From assembly GCA_964608215.1 (NCBI GenBank), contig CAZSMV010000003.1, forward strand, positions 1-63,486: 63,486 nucleotides of DNA. The letters are read 5' to 3'. Source of the DNA: an uncultured Staphylococcaceae bacterium. GTDB taxonomy: Bacteria > Bacillota_I > Bacilli_A > RFN20 > CAG-826. Below, piece by piece: positions 48,607-59,156 of the stretch; the first letter of the stretch is position 1; each line of letters begins with the position of its first letter. The notes beneath the pieces are model-generated. The model saw only the letters and a list, made by a program, of their open reading frames with translations, searched no databases and was not told the origin of the DNA. Both the position numbers and the translations under genes were made by a program.

Positions 48607-51417
48607 TTACCTATGTAATTCCTTAGCAATATTAATATTTTTTATTGGTTTTTTAGATAAAAGAGTTGTTATCAATGTAACAAATAACATTACTAAAAAC
48701 ATAGACAAAAAAGAAATAGCGCTTGTGTTAACTTCAGTGCTTATACCAATTTTTTCACTTATAATTTTGCCAATCAAATTTGAAGTTAATAATAATGTTA
48801 CCGTTGATAAAACAAAACATAGAAATGACGGAACAAAACAATTATAAAACTGTAATCTAAGAATTTCTTTTTTTGAAAATCCAATAATAGTTAATATTGC
48901 ATAATCCTTTTTCGATTCAATTACATCAATATAATTGATAATTGAAATGAGTAAAATAGATGAAATCATTGTTACAATCGATAAACCAATTAAAATCCAT
49001 TCAAGATACGATAGTGTTTCTTCAATCCCGCTAGAAAACATATCTAAAGGATCTTTAAATTCGTATTCTTCAAAATATTCATTATATTTTTCTATTTCTT
49101 CTTTCGTTGGTGTTTTATCAAACTCATAAACAATTGAGTTAGCTAATAAGTTAAAAGATGAAACATGAAATAAATCACGAAATAAAGATATAGTAAAACT
49201 AGGTTCATTATAAATTATTATTTTTTCCGAATCTATTATGCCAACAATTTTTAATTTAATAGTATAAAAGATATTTTTAAATTCTGATCCATTATATTGT
49301 TGCGCCATATTTGTGGTTACATATAATTCATCATACAGATTATCAAATCCTAAATTTTCAGCCATCTTTTTAGAAATACAAATTTCAGTTATTTTTTGCG
49401 GATAATTTCCACTTATTAAATCTCCATATTTAGATGAAAATCTTACTATATTGTCGCCTGTTTTAATTACATTTCCTTCTAAAACACCTTTTTGTAAAAC
49501 TAAATTATTCATTTCTGAAATATCTATTTTTTCTAGTTGTAAAGTCAATGAATCTAATTTTTCTTTTTTTAATGAAAAATATGTTTGTTTAGAAAAACCA
49601 GAGAAAAAATCAGTACCTAAATTAATATATCCACCTTCAGTTGAATAATAATAATTTTTAAATTTTTTATTTATTTTATAAAGCTTTTTGGGCAATAAAT
49701 ATGGAACTTCTGCCTTAAAACTTGTATACATAAAAACTTTATTGGTGTAACAAGGTTCATTAAATGTACATGTTTTAGGGGAATACTTATAGTTATCACT
49801 ATCAAAAATATAATTTACATAGTTTTTATCATCCGCCAATTTATTTAAAAGAGTAGATTGAAATTTTGATGTTTTGAAATAATAGACTTTTTTCATTGTC
49901 CATGGATATTCTTCGCTCTTTTTAATATTTAACGATGATGGGAATCTTAGTCGTTCTTCAAAAAACCATTCATTAAAAAAATTATCATTATGTAAAATCC
50001 TTGATTCATTAGAAGGAACTACAGCCTTAACCCTAAAGCTTACATTATCATCATACTGCCAATCAGAATTTCCTAAATTTATATTAATTATAAATTTGCC
50101 TGACTTAATATAATTCCCCAAACTATCAAACGTTCTTTCTATTTGCAAATGTTTACAAATATTTTTCATTGTTACATAATTCATTGAAAGAACGAGTTCA
50201 TCCATTGCTAGAAAATTATCTATTTTAGGATATATTTCTTCTACTTTTGTAAAATCATTGATATACAAAAAATCATTAAAACTTCTTGCATTAAATCCAT
50301 CTAATTGCTGTGGGATAAGTCTTGAGATATTAGTTACATAATTCCTATCTTTAAAGTGAGTTTCAAAATTTACTAAATAATTGCAACCGCAAAAATCTAT
50401 ATCTCCAGAATAATCTTTAACAAGCGATAATATATCACTTTTATTTGAAGCAAAATAATCTATAACTCCCGTATTAGAATCTTTCTTTGATAATACTAAT
50501 GTATTTTCATTGAGTATCGATGAAAAAGATTTTTTTAATGAATCACCAATTCCTTTTTTTAAGAAAGTACCAAGTCCAATTGAAAATAAAGATAAAATAA
50601 GAAAAAACATTGAAACGAAAGTACGAAATTTCTTAGCTTTAAATTTGTTAATTAAGTGTTTATAAATAAATTTTTCGCTTAATCTTCCTTTATCTTTTTT
50701 CTTTCTTTCAATCATTAATAAACTTGAAGTCTTTTTATCATTTACTTCAGAATTTTTTTCTTCAATTAAGTTTTTATTTTTAATTCTCAAAATATAATTA
50801 CTATATTTATTAGCAAGTTCTTCATCGTGAGTAACGCAAATAATAATGCAATTAGCACTTATTTTTCTTAATAAACTAAAAATCAATTCACTATTTACAG
50901 TATCCAAAGAACCAGTTGGCTCATCTGCAAAAATAATTCGTGGATTATTCACCAATGCCCTTGCAATTGCTACTCTTTGTTTTTCACCACCACTTAAATC
51001 TTTAACAAATTTATTTTCTAAATTAAGAATATCAACTTGTTTTAATACTTCCCTTATCTTTCTCTTTTTCATGCTATTTGAATAATGTGAAATCGAGTCA
51101 ATAACCAAAGATATATTATTAAAAACTGTATCGTTTTCGAAAAGATTAAATGATTGAAAAATATATCCTATATTTGATAATCTATATGCTCTTTTTTCTT
51201 CATCATTTTTGTTTGAATAATTTATTGAATCAAATAAAACTTCTCCACCATCATCAGGGTTAGTAATTAAAGATAAAATATTTAATAAAGTCGTTTTCCC
51301 ACATCCAGATTCACCACATACGCAGTAAAAACTATACTCCTTAAATTCATAATTTATATCTTCTAAAATTTTCCTATCACCAAATGTTTTACTAAGGTTT
51401 CTAATTTCAAATTTCAT
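48607..51417 (-). CDS. Fused ABC ATPase-permease (MacB/FtsX-like)
   Basis: GESGCGKT, LSGGEKQRVAIARAL, FADEPTG, THD, followed by four TM segments with a large extracellular loop. Confidence 0.88.
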   Translation of the reverse strand: MKFEIRNLSKTFGDRKILEDINYEFKEYSFYCVCGESGCGKTTLLNILSLITNPDDGGEVLFDSINYSNKNDEEKRAYRLSNIGYIFQSFNLFENDTVFNNISLVIDSISHYSNSMKKRKIREVLKQVDILNLENKFVKDLSGGEKQRVAIARALVNNPRIIFADEPTGSLDTVNSELIFSLLRKISANCIIICVTHDEELANKYSNYILRIKNKNLIEEKNSEVNDKKTSSLLMIERKKKDKGRLSEKFIYKHLINKFKAKKFRTFVSMFFLILSLFSIGLGTFLKKGIGDSLKKSFSSILNENTLVLSKKDSNTGVIDYFASNKSDILSLVKDYSGDIDFCGCNYLVNFETHFKDRNYVTNISRLIPQQLDGFNARSFNDFLYINDFTKVEEIYPKIDNFLAMDELVLSMNYVTMKNICKHLQIERTFDSLGNYIKSGKFIININLGNSDWQYDDNVSFRVKAVVPSNESRILHNDNFFNEWFFEERLRFPSSLNIKKSEEYPWTMKKVYYFKTSKFQSTLLNKLADDKNYVNYIFDSDNYKYSPKTCTFNEPCYTNKVFMYTSFKAEVPYLLPKKLYKINKKFKNYYYSTEGGYINLGTDFFSGFSKQTYFSLKKEKLDSLTLQLEKIDISEMNNLVLQKGVLEGNVIKTGDNIVRFSSKYGDLISGNYPQKITEICISKKMAENLGFDNLYDELYVTTNMAQQYNGSEFKNIFYTIKLKIVGIIDSEKIIIYNEPSFTISLFRDLFHVSSFNLLANSIVYEFDKTPTKEEIEKYNEYFEEYEFKDPLDMFSSGIEETLSYLEWILIGLSIVTMISSILLISIINYIDVIESKKDYAILTIIGFSKKEILRLQFYNCFVPSFLCFVLSTVTLLLTSNLIGKIISEKIGISTEVNTSAISFLSMFLVMLFVTLITTLLSKKPIKNINIAKELHR

Positions 51418-53447
51418 TCTTCTTTAAGCTCCTTGTATATTTCATTATTTTTAGAAATGACTAATGGTAAACAAACAAATACAAAAATTAATGCAATGAA
51501 AATTATGCTAATTAATATTTTTGTATTTAATTCCGTAGGAACAGAAATCAATTCACTAAATCTCGTTTTAATCTCAATAATTTTATTTAACAATTCTTGA
51601 ATAAAAGGGATTAATAAAAATGAAAATAATAAACTAATTAAGCCAACTATAACTTGTTCAACAATATAAACCATACAAATATCATCATTTTCAGCGCCTA
51701 ATATAGTTAAAATTGCAGATTGTTTTTTATTAAATACATATGTCGAATATGATAAGAATGAAATTAATGCAATCGATGAAGCAACCACTATAAAAATAAA
51801 AAATATAAAACCATCATAAAGAGACGAAGATAACTCTTTAAACGAATCAACTGTTGTAAATGGATCATTAACAATTTTATATTTTGAAAAACTATCAATC
51901 TTATTATTAAAATCAAATACATCTTCTATCGAGTCTAAAAAAACTTGATATGAATAATTCCCTAACTCACTATTTTTTGATGCATCTTGCAATAAACTTA
52001 AATATGTAAACTTAATTCCTGTTTCTTTAAAAATTTCATTACAAAAATGACTATCCAAAAGAGTTTCAAAATAATCAATTGAAAAATACACTTTAGGGTA
52101 ATTTAAATAACTAAATTCATTTACGATTTTTCCTACATATAATGGCATATACATAATAAAATTTTCTGAAATTAAATTACCTCCTTTCCCGCTTGTATTC
52201 TTATAAAGATAATTTCGTTTTAAATGTAAATTAATAGTTTTATCTAATAAACTTTCTCCATTGTGTTTTTCTTTATACATATTATTAAAAGCATCATTAA
52301 CATAAACGATATTATTTGCATTTATATTATTAACAGGTACATATGTTATATTTTCTTGTAATTCCTTATCAATTCTCGTTTCTTTTGTTTCACCAAAAAA
52401 ATAATCTACATTATCGTGTATTTCAAGATTTTCATAAGAACCAAAAATGGTTTTTATTTCATTAATTGTTGGTTTTTCGGTTTTTTGTAACTTTAAGTTA
52501 GAATCATTTATTTGCTCATAAATAATCGTTGAAACTTTATATGAATTATTATTTTGAAATTGCTTTATTAAACTTAATGAATTGTTTTTAACGCCATCAT
52601 TAAAACCCATAGATATAAAACAAACACATATTGTAAAAATCAAAGATATAATAGCAATAACATTTTTCCCAAAATCTTTTTTTAAATTATGATTTAACAT
52701 AAAAGACAAAAATGATTTGCTTCTTTTTCTAGTGTTATTTATATTTTCACTTACTTTAGATTCATTTTTAATTTCCTTTACAAATAATTGTTTCCCATTC
52801 GTTAAATCAAGGTATCCATCATTAAATTCATTAACTATCTTTTTATTATGTGAAACAATAATGATTAAACGAGTTTTTGAAAGTTCCTTCAATTCATTCA
52901 TCAATAAATATGAGTTTTCCTCATCCAAATTTCCAGTTGGTTCATCTGCAAAAACAACTTTAGGATTATTTAGTAGCGCTCTAATTAAGCAAACCCTTTG
53001 TTTTTCGCCCCCACTTAACAAAGACACTTTTTTATCTTTTATATGATCAATTTTATATTTAATCAAAAATTCATTAATGATTTTATCATCATTAATGCAT
53101 TTAATTTTCGCTGCTAATTTAAGATTTTCTAAAACAGTCATATCGTTAATTAAATTAAACGACTGAAAGATAATTCCAATTTCATTTTTTAAGTAATTGT
53201 TTAATTCTTTTTTATTGAATTTCGAAATGTTCTTACCTTTATATAATATTTCGCCTTTTGTGGGTTTCATTAATCCTTCAAAGATATTTAGTAATGTAGA
53301 TTTACCACAACCAGATTTGCCAAAAATAAAAAACATTCCAAACGATGGCAAATCAAAACTTAAATCATTTAAGATAGATAAAGCTTTGCCATCGTTTGTA
53401 ACTAATGTTTTAGAAATGCGCTTAATTTGAAATAAATTCCCCATCAC
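51414..53447 (-). CDS. Fused ABC ATPase-permease (MacB/FtsX-like), paralog
   Basis: GKSGCGKS, LSGGEKQR, FADEPTG, four TM segments; 4-bp overlap with the next gene. Confidence 0.88.
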   Translation of the reverse strand: MMGNLFQIKRISKTLVTNDGKALSILNDLSFDLPSFGMFFIFGKSGCGKSTLLNIFEGLMKPTKGEILYKGKNISKFNKKELNNYLKNEIGIIFQSFNLINDMTVLENLKLAAKIKCINDDKIINEFLIKYKIDHIKDKKVSLLSGGEKQRVCLIRALLNNPKVVFADEPTGNLDEENSYLLMNELKELSKTRLIIIVSHNKKIVNEFNDGYLDLTNGKQLFVKEIKNESKVSENINNTRKRSKSFLSFMLNHNLKKDFGKNVIAIISLIFTICVCFISMGFNDGVKNNSLSLIKQFQNNNSYKVSTIIYEQINDSNLKLQKTEKPTINEIKTIFGSYENLEIHDNVDYFFGETKETRIDKELQENITYVPVNNINANNIVYVNDAFNNMYKEKHNGESLLDKTINLHLKRNYLYKNTSGKGGNLISENFIMYMPLYVGKIVNEFSYLNYPKVYFSIDYFETLLDSHFCNEIFKETGIKFTYLSLLQDASKNSELGNYSYQVFLDSIEDVFDFNNKIDSFSKYKIVNDPFTTVDSFKELSSSLYDGFIFFIFIVVASSIALISFLSYSTYVFNKKQSAILTILGAENDDICMVYIVEQVIVGLISLLFSFLLIPFIQELLNKIIEIKTRFSELISVPTELNTKILISIIFIALIFVFVCLPLVISKNNEIYKELKEE

Positions 53448-53497
53448 TTAATATTTGTATGGGAATTTCAAAAAATTATCAAATTTTTAATATTTTT

Positions 53498-55099
53498 TTA
53501 CATTAAAGTTGCTTGAGGCACTTTTGGTAAGCCAGGCATTGTTAAGATATTTCCTGTTAAAACAACAATGAACTCAGCACCATTTGACAATTTAACTTCT
53601 CGAACAGTTATTTTAAAATTTCTAGGACAATTTAATAATTTTGGGTTATCACTAAAACTAGAAGGTGTTTTCGCCATACAAACTACTAAATTTTCTTTGT
53701 GCAATTTTTTAATATTTTCAATATCTTCAAGTGCTTTTGCGGTATATTCAACTCCATCAGCTCTATAAATATTTTTTGCAATATTCAAAATCTTGTGTTC
53801 AATAGCATCATTTAGATTATACAAAGGTTCATAGCTAGTTTTTTTAGTTGCTAAACATTCTAGAACTTTATTTGCAAGATCAATCGCACCTTCCCCGCCT
53901 TTTAAAAATCCATCAAGGAATGCAACTTCATAACTTTTTTCTTTGCACCAATTAGTTAAGAATTTAACTTCATCTTCTGTATCGCTTGCAAAATGATTTA
54001 TTGCAATTACAACAGGAACGCCAAATTTTCTTAAGTTTTCATAATGTTGTTCTAAGTTTTTAACACCTTCTTTTAAAGCATCAAGATTCTCTTTATTCAA
54101 ATCTTCAAAAAGAACACCACCATGCATTTTTAAAGCACGTATGGTTGCGACTAAAACTGCCATATTTGGTTTTAATTCACCAACACGACATTTGATATCA
54201 AAAAATTTTTCAGCCCCTAAATCTGCAGCAAAACCAGCCTCTGTGATAACAATTGGTGATAATTTCAATGCTAATTTAGTTGCTATTAAACTAGAACAAC
54301 CATGAGCAATATTCGCAAATGGTCCACCATGAATCAAACATGGATTATTCTCGTTAGTTTGAACAATATTTGGCCATAAAGCATATTTCATAATTTTCAT
54401 AATTGCATTTGTTATATGCAAATCTTTTAAGTAAATAGGTTCATCATTATAGTTATATGCAACAATAATATTTTCTATTCTTCTAACAAAATCCTCTTCA
54501 TCTTTTGCAATACAAAGAATTGCCATAAGTTCACTAGCAACTGTAATCTCAAAATGATCTTCTCTTTGAACACCATTTTTCTCACCAAAACCAATCTCAA
54601 TATTTCTTAATTCTCGATCATTTGTATCAAGAGCTCTTTTCCACAAAATTTTATCTTTATTAATATTTAATTCGTTACCTTGATAAATATGGTTATCAAT
54701 AATGGCTGCGATTAAATTAATTGATGAGGTTAAACAATGCATATCTCCAGTAAAATGAAGATTAATATCTTCTTGTGGTTCAATTGTGACTTTTCCTCCA
54801 CCAGTTGCTCCACCCTTAAGTCCAAATACAGGCCCCATAGATGGTTCTCTCAAACATAAAAGAGCTTTTTGATGTAATTTAGCAAGACCATCAAGTAAAG
54901 CAATGCTTGTAGTAGTTTTTCCTTCGCCAGCTTTTGTAGGGGTAATCGCTGTTACGAGAATCAATTTACCATTTGGATTATTTTTATTTCTTTCATAAAC
55001 GTTTGGATAAATTTTCGCCTTATAATTTCCATATAATTCTAATTCATCTGTATTAATGCCAATTTTCTTTGCTACTTTAGTAATATTTTCTAAACCCAT
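53498..55099 (-). CDS. fhs: Formate--tetrahydrofolate ligase
   Basis: TAITPTKAGEGKTT, LREPSMGP, HGGPFANIAHG, TEAGFAADLGAEKF. Confidence 0.96.
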   Translation of the reverse strand: MGLENITKVAKKIGINTDELELYGNYKAKIYPNVYERNKNNPNGKLILVTAITPTKAGEGKTTTSIALLDGLAKLHQKALLCLREPSMGPVFGLKGGATGGGKVTIEPQEDINLHFTGDMHCLTSSINLIAAIIDNHIYQGNELNINKDKILWKRALDTNDRELRNIEIGFGEKNGVQREDHFEITVASELMAILCIAKDEEDFVRRIENIIVAYNYNDEPIYLKDLHITNAIMKIMKYALWPNIVQTNENNPCLIHGGPFANIAHGCSSLIATKLALKLSPIVITEAGFAADLGAEKFFDIKCRVGELKPNMAVLVATIRALKMHGGVLFEDLNKENLDALKEGVKNLEQHYENLRKFGVPVVIAINHFASDTEDEVKFLTNWCKEKSYEVAFLDGFLKGGEGAIDLANKVLECLATKKTSYEPLYNLNDAIEHKILNIAKNIYRADGVEYTAKALEDIENIKKLHKENLVVCMAKTPSSFSDNPKLLNCPRNFKITVREVKLSNGAEFIVVLTGNILTMPGLPKVPQATLM

Positions 55100-55101
55100 A
55101 T

Positions 55102-55800
55102 TTATTCCTCCTCTTTGATATTTAACATATCCCTTAATGCATAACTCGCCATAGCAAGTCCTGCTGCATTAGGAACAAAAACCATAGATGAAACAACTTT
55201 ATCTTTGATTATAGGTTTTTCAGAAGAAAAAGAAACCATAACAGTGGATAAATCAACATCATATTTTTTTAAAATATATCTTAATTTTCTTGCTAATGGA
55301 TCTGATGTTGTTTTATTTAATTTAGTAATTGTTACTTTAGTTGGATCTAATCGATTACCCATTCCTAAACTTGAAATAATTTTTATACCTTTCATTTTAC
55401 AATATGCTATGAGTAATGCTTTAGCTTCAATATCATCAATGCAATCAAAAACATAATCACACATATCAAATAACATAAAATCAAAATTCATATCAATTTT
55501 ATCAAAAATTAAATCACATTGTGTATTTAGTCTTATTTCACCAATCTTATCTGATAAAGCATCAATTTTATCTTTGCCAACGTCACTTGCACAATAAGCA
55601 ATTTGCCTATTTAAATTTGATTTATCAACTTTATCAAAATCGACAAGCATAAATTTATAAATGCCTGATCTTGCTAAAGCTAAAGGAATAATTGAACCAA
55701 CTCCGCCATTTCCACAAATTGCGACTCTTTTCTTTTTTAAAATTTTTAAATTATCTTCGCCTATTAAAAGTTTAGTGCGATCATCAAATCCTTTTGCCAT
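55102..55800 (-). CDS. tcdA: tRNA threonylcarbamoyladenosine dehydratase (ThiF/TcdA family)
   Basis: GNGGVGS, LVDFDKVDKSNLNRQ, DCIDD, SSLGMGNRLDP, DPLARKLR. Confidence 0.85.
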   Translation of the reverse strand: MAKGFDDRTKLLIGEDNLKILKKKRVAICGNGGVGSIIPLALARSGIYKFMLVDFDKVDKSNLNRQIAYCASDVGKDKIDALSDKIGEIRLNTQCDLIFDKIDMNFDFMLFDMCDYVFDCIDDIEAKALLIAYCKMKGIKIISSLGMGNRLDPTKVTITKLNKTTSDPLARKLRYILKKYDVDLSTVMVSFSSEKPIIKDKVVSSMVFVPNAAGLAMASYALRDMLNIKEEE

Positions 55801-56647
55801 AATCAACAGCCTCCCCAACCGAAGTAAACCACTTAATATTATCAAATTGATGCTTAAAAAATGTCATTTGCCTTTTTGCATAATTTCGTGTGTTTTTTTT
55901 AATTAATTCAATCTTTTCTTCAAAAGGAAGTTCATTATTAAATTCTTTATATCCAATTGCTTGCAAAGCTCTTTTATTTGCGCCATATTCTGAAAATAAA
56001 AATTCAACTTCTTTTTCAAGTCCATTCTCAATCATTTCATCAACTCTTTGATTAATTCTTTCATATAAAATTTCTCGAGGAATGTCTAAACCAATTATAT
56101 GAACATCATTATACAAAAGTCTATTTTTACCATTTTGATTTATATCAGATTTGGATTTTCCATAAATTTTATAAATATATAAAGCCCTTAATAATCTTTT
56201 ACGGTTATTTTCGCCTATTTTTTGTGCATCTTCTGGATCAATTAAAAAAAGTTTTTCATATAATTCTTTATTTGAAAAATCACACATAAAATCTTCTGGC
56301 ATTGGAGACTCACCTTTTTCAAAATTATAGTCATATAAGGCGGCTTTTAAATAAAGTCCTGTACCACCAACTAAAATTATATTTTCATTTTTGTGTTCCT
56401 TAAGAAATTCTCTACAAATTTCTTGATATTTTGAAACATCAAAATCTTCATTAATATTTTTAATATCATACAAAAAATATCGACCACTTTCTAATTCTTC
56501 TTTTGACGGCTTAGCAGTACCAATATCCATTTCTTTATAAATTTGAAATGCATCAAAATTTACAATTTTAGCATCATAAAATTGAGATAATTCTTCAGCA
56601 ACTTTAGATTTTCCACTGGCTGTAGGTCCTACTATGCAAATAATCAA
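55784..56647 (-). CDS. miaA: tRNA dimethylallyltransferase
   Basis: GPTASGKS, DAFQIYKEMDIGTAKP, VGGTGLY, QAIGYKE, TRNYAKRQ. Confidence 0.96.
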   Translation of the reverse strand: MIICIVGPTASGKSKVAEELSQFYDAKIVNFDAFQIYKEMDIGTAKPSKEELESGRYFLYDIKNINEDFDVSKYQEICREFLKEHKNENIILVGGTGLYLKAALYDYNFEKGESPMPEDFMCDFSNKELYEKLFLIDPEDAQKIGENNRKRLLRALYIYKIYGKSKSDINQNGKNRLLYNDVHIIGLDIPREILYERINQRVDEMIENGLEKEVEFLFSEYGANKRALQAIGYKEFNNELPFEEKIELIKKNTRNYAKRQMTFFKHQFDNIKWFTSVGEAVDYGKRI

Positions 56648-56937
56648 AGTTCAATCTCCTTTTTAATTTCTTCTAATAAATCATATACCTCATCACTTAT
56701 GCTTTTGAATTGAACAATTAATGGGTTTTCATTATATTGTTTTAAAAGTTTAAAATATTCTTCTTTTTCATCTTCTGTTGGTTGACACTTTTGTAAATAA
56801 GAAATCTTTTTATGTAAATTCGAAAGTTCTTCTGAGTTTTCAATAATTTCTTTTAATTTAATATATTCCTGAACAATTTTTTCATTAAATAAATCTTCTT
56901 TTACTTTACTTAATGCATTTTTAATTTCACTATTCAT
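56644..56937 (-). CDS. YlbF/YmcA (RicA-like) family protein
   Basis: Short helical protein with NPLIVQF; directly after miaB, as in the Bacillus ymcB-ymcA order. Confidence 0.65.
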   Translation of the reverse strand: MNSEIKNALSKVKEDLFNEKIVQEYIKLKEIIENSEELSNLHKKISYLQKCQPTEDEKEEYFKLLKQYNENPLIVQFKSISDEVYDLLEEIKKEIEL

Positions 56938-58384
56938 CTATAACTTCACCAATTAAAAAATATAAATGATTTTCTAAAATCTTCACATCAACTATTTTCC
57001 CAATTAAAGATTTGTCGCCTTTAAAATTAACAACTTTATTGTTTTCAGTATAACCGGTCATTAAGTCATCATTCTTTTTTGATACTGAATCAACTAAAAC
57101 CTTATATGATTTTCCGACCATCTCTTCAGACTTTTTTAAAAAATCTTCTTCAAGAGATTTTTTAAGTTCAGTAAATCTTTTTGATTTTTCTAAATATGGA
57201 ACATCATCTTTAAGTTTGGCAGCTGGAGTGCCAACTCTTGGAGAATAAATAAAAGTATATGCACTTGTGTAACCAACTTCTTTGCATAAAGAAATAGTTT
57301 CTAAAAATTCTTCATAAGTTTCATTAGGGAAACCAACAATAATATCAGTTGAAAGAGCAATGTTAGGAATAATCCTTCTTATTCTTGAAACGAGAGCAAG
57401 ATATTCTTCTCTCGTATATCTTCTTGCCATTCTTCTTAAAACTTCATTACTTCCAGATTGAACTGGCAAGTGAATATATTTCATGATGTTATCATATTTA
57501 GCCATAACTTCTATAACTTCATCTTTAAAATCACTTGGATATGATGTTAAAAATCTAAGTCTAGGGATACCAAGTTTTGCAACTTCTTCTAAAAGAGTTG
57601 CAAAACTGACGCCGTTTTTCAAATCTTTACCATAAGCATCAACATTTTGACCAAGTAAAGTAATTTCTTGATATCCTGCATCAACAAGTTCTTTGCACTC
57701 TTTTAAAATATCGTTAATATCACGACTTCTTTCTTTTCCTCTAGTATATGGAACTATACAATAAGTGCAAAATTTATCACAACCATAACTTATATTTACA
57801 AAAGCTTTGAATTTATCGTTTCTAATTGAAGGTAAATCTTCAATAATGTCGCCTTCTACACTAGATACACAAACTATTCTTTTATTTGTTTCAATATGTT
57901 TTTCTAAAATTAAAACTAAATCTTTAATGTTGTGGGTACCAATTAAAATATCAACGCATTTAAATGTTTCTAAAATTTTATCAATAACATGTTTTTGTTC
58001 GCTCATACATCCAGAAACAATTAAAATAACATCGTTTTTAGTTTCTTTTAATTTTTTAATATCACCAATTTCACCATATACTTTATCTTCTGCATTTTCT
58101 CTTACAGCACAAGTATTAAGTAAAATAATATCTGCGTCCTTTAAATTCTCACTTCTTGTCATTTTTAATGAATTAAAAATACCAGAAATATTTTCTTCAT
58201 CACGATAATTTGCTTGGCAACCATAAGTTCTAATAAAATATTTTTTACCACTTAAAAAATTAATAATGTTCTCATTTGGAACATAATCGTAATGGTATGT
58301 TTCACTGTGTTTTAATCTTTCCCTAGCCTTATTCATGTTAGGAAGATCTAAATATAAAATATCTTTACCCATTTTCTTTCCCAT
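56930..58384 (-). CDS. miaB: tRNA-2-methylthio-N6-dimethylallyladenosine synthase
   Basis: TYGCQAN, LNTCAVRE, radical SAM GCDKFCTYC, HLPVQSG, TRAM domain. Confidence 0.96.
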   Translation of the reverse strand: MGKKMGKDILYLDLPNMNKARERLKHSETYHYDYVPNENIINFLSGKKYFIRTYGCQANYRDEENISGIFNSLKMTRSENLKDADIILLNTCAVRENAEDKVYGEIGDIKKLKETKNDVILIVSGCMSEQKHVIDKILETFKCVDILIGTHNIKDLVLILEKHIETNKRIVCVSSVEGDIIEDLPSIRNDKFKAFVNISYGCDKFCTYCIVPYTRGKERSRDINDILKECKELVDAGYQEITLLGQNVDAYGKDLKNGVSFATLLEEVAKLGIPRLRFLTSYPSDFKDEVIEVMAKYDNIMKYIHLPVQSGSNEVLRRMARRYTREEYLALVSRIRRIIPNIALSTDIIVGFPNETYEEFLETISLCKEVGYTSAYTFIYSPRVGTPAAKLKDDVPYLEKSKRFTELKKSLEEDFLKKSEEMVGKSYKVLVDSVSKKNDDLMTGYTENNKVVNFKGDKSLIGKIVDVKILENHLYFLIGEVIDE

Positions 58385-59156
58385 TCAACAAATTGATTCT
58401 TTCAATTTTAGTTGCCTTATTTGTTTTATCATCTATTTCAATAATTACACCATTAAATAAAATATCATCATTATCCAAATATTCAAAATTAACACTTCTA
58501 TCATGTAAAACAATTTTTTTAATTACAGAATTAATTTCGTTACCTAATACAGAATTATAACTGCCACACATTCCAACATCACTTATATAAGCGGTTTTAT
58601 TATTTAAAATTCGATTATCACTAGTTTGAACGTGAGTATGTGTTCCAATAACGACAGTTAATTTGTCAGATAAAGCATACGCAAATGCTTTCTTTTCTCC
58701 GGTAGATTCCGCATGATAATCAACAATATTTATATCCGAATCATCCTTATTAAGTAATTCAAGCATTTCTTTATAAGGGTCATTAACTTTTTCTTTCATA
58801 AATGATGTTCCTAAAATATTAGTAACCCTTATCTTTTTGCCTTTGTATATATAAACTCTGCTTCCTTTTCCAGGAAAAACTCTTCTAATATTTAAAGGTC
58901 TAACAACGTTATCATGATCAACAATATCCAAAACATCTATATTATCTCGATAATGATTCCCAAGTGTCATGCAATTAATAGGCAATGTGCATAAAAAATC
59001 ATATGTGCTTCTATTAATTCCATGTCCATAAGCAATATTTTCAACATTAACAATCACAAAATCACATTTGGTCTTATTTAGAACAAAGGGAAGGTTCTTT
59101 AAAAGAGCCTTCCTCCCTACTTCAGCAACAACATCCCCCAAAAATAAAATTTTCAT
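58365..59156 (-). CDS. ymdB: YmdB metallophosphoesterase
   Basis: LFLGDVV, NVEN, TLGNH, DYHAESTGEK, GTHTHVQT, DVGMCG. Confidence 0.93.
   Translation of the reverse strand: MKILFLGDVVAEVGRKALLKNLPFVLNKTKCDFVIVNVENIAYGHGINRSTYDFLCTLPINCMTLGNHYRDNIDVLDIVDHDNVVRPLNIRRVFPGKGSRVYIYKGKKIRVTNILGTSFMKEKVNDPYKEMLELLNKDDSDINIVDYHAESTGEKKAFAYALSDKLTVVIGTHTHVQTSDNRILNNKTAYISDVGMCGSYNSVLGNEINSVIKKIVLHDRSVNFEYLDNDDILFNGVIIEIDDKTNKATKIERINLLNGKENG

Noticed and set aside
55100-55110. THF riboswitch or T-box leaders for fhs and gltX
   Set aside because: Both genes start within 2-3 bp of the upstream stop codon, leaving no room for a leader.
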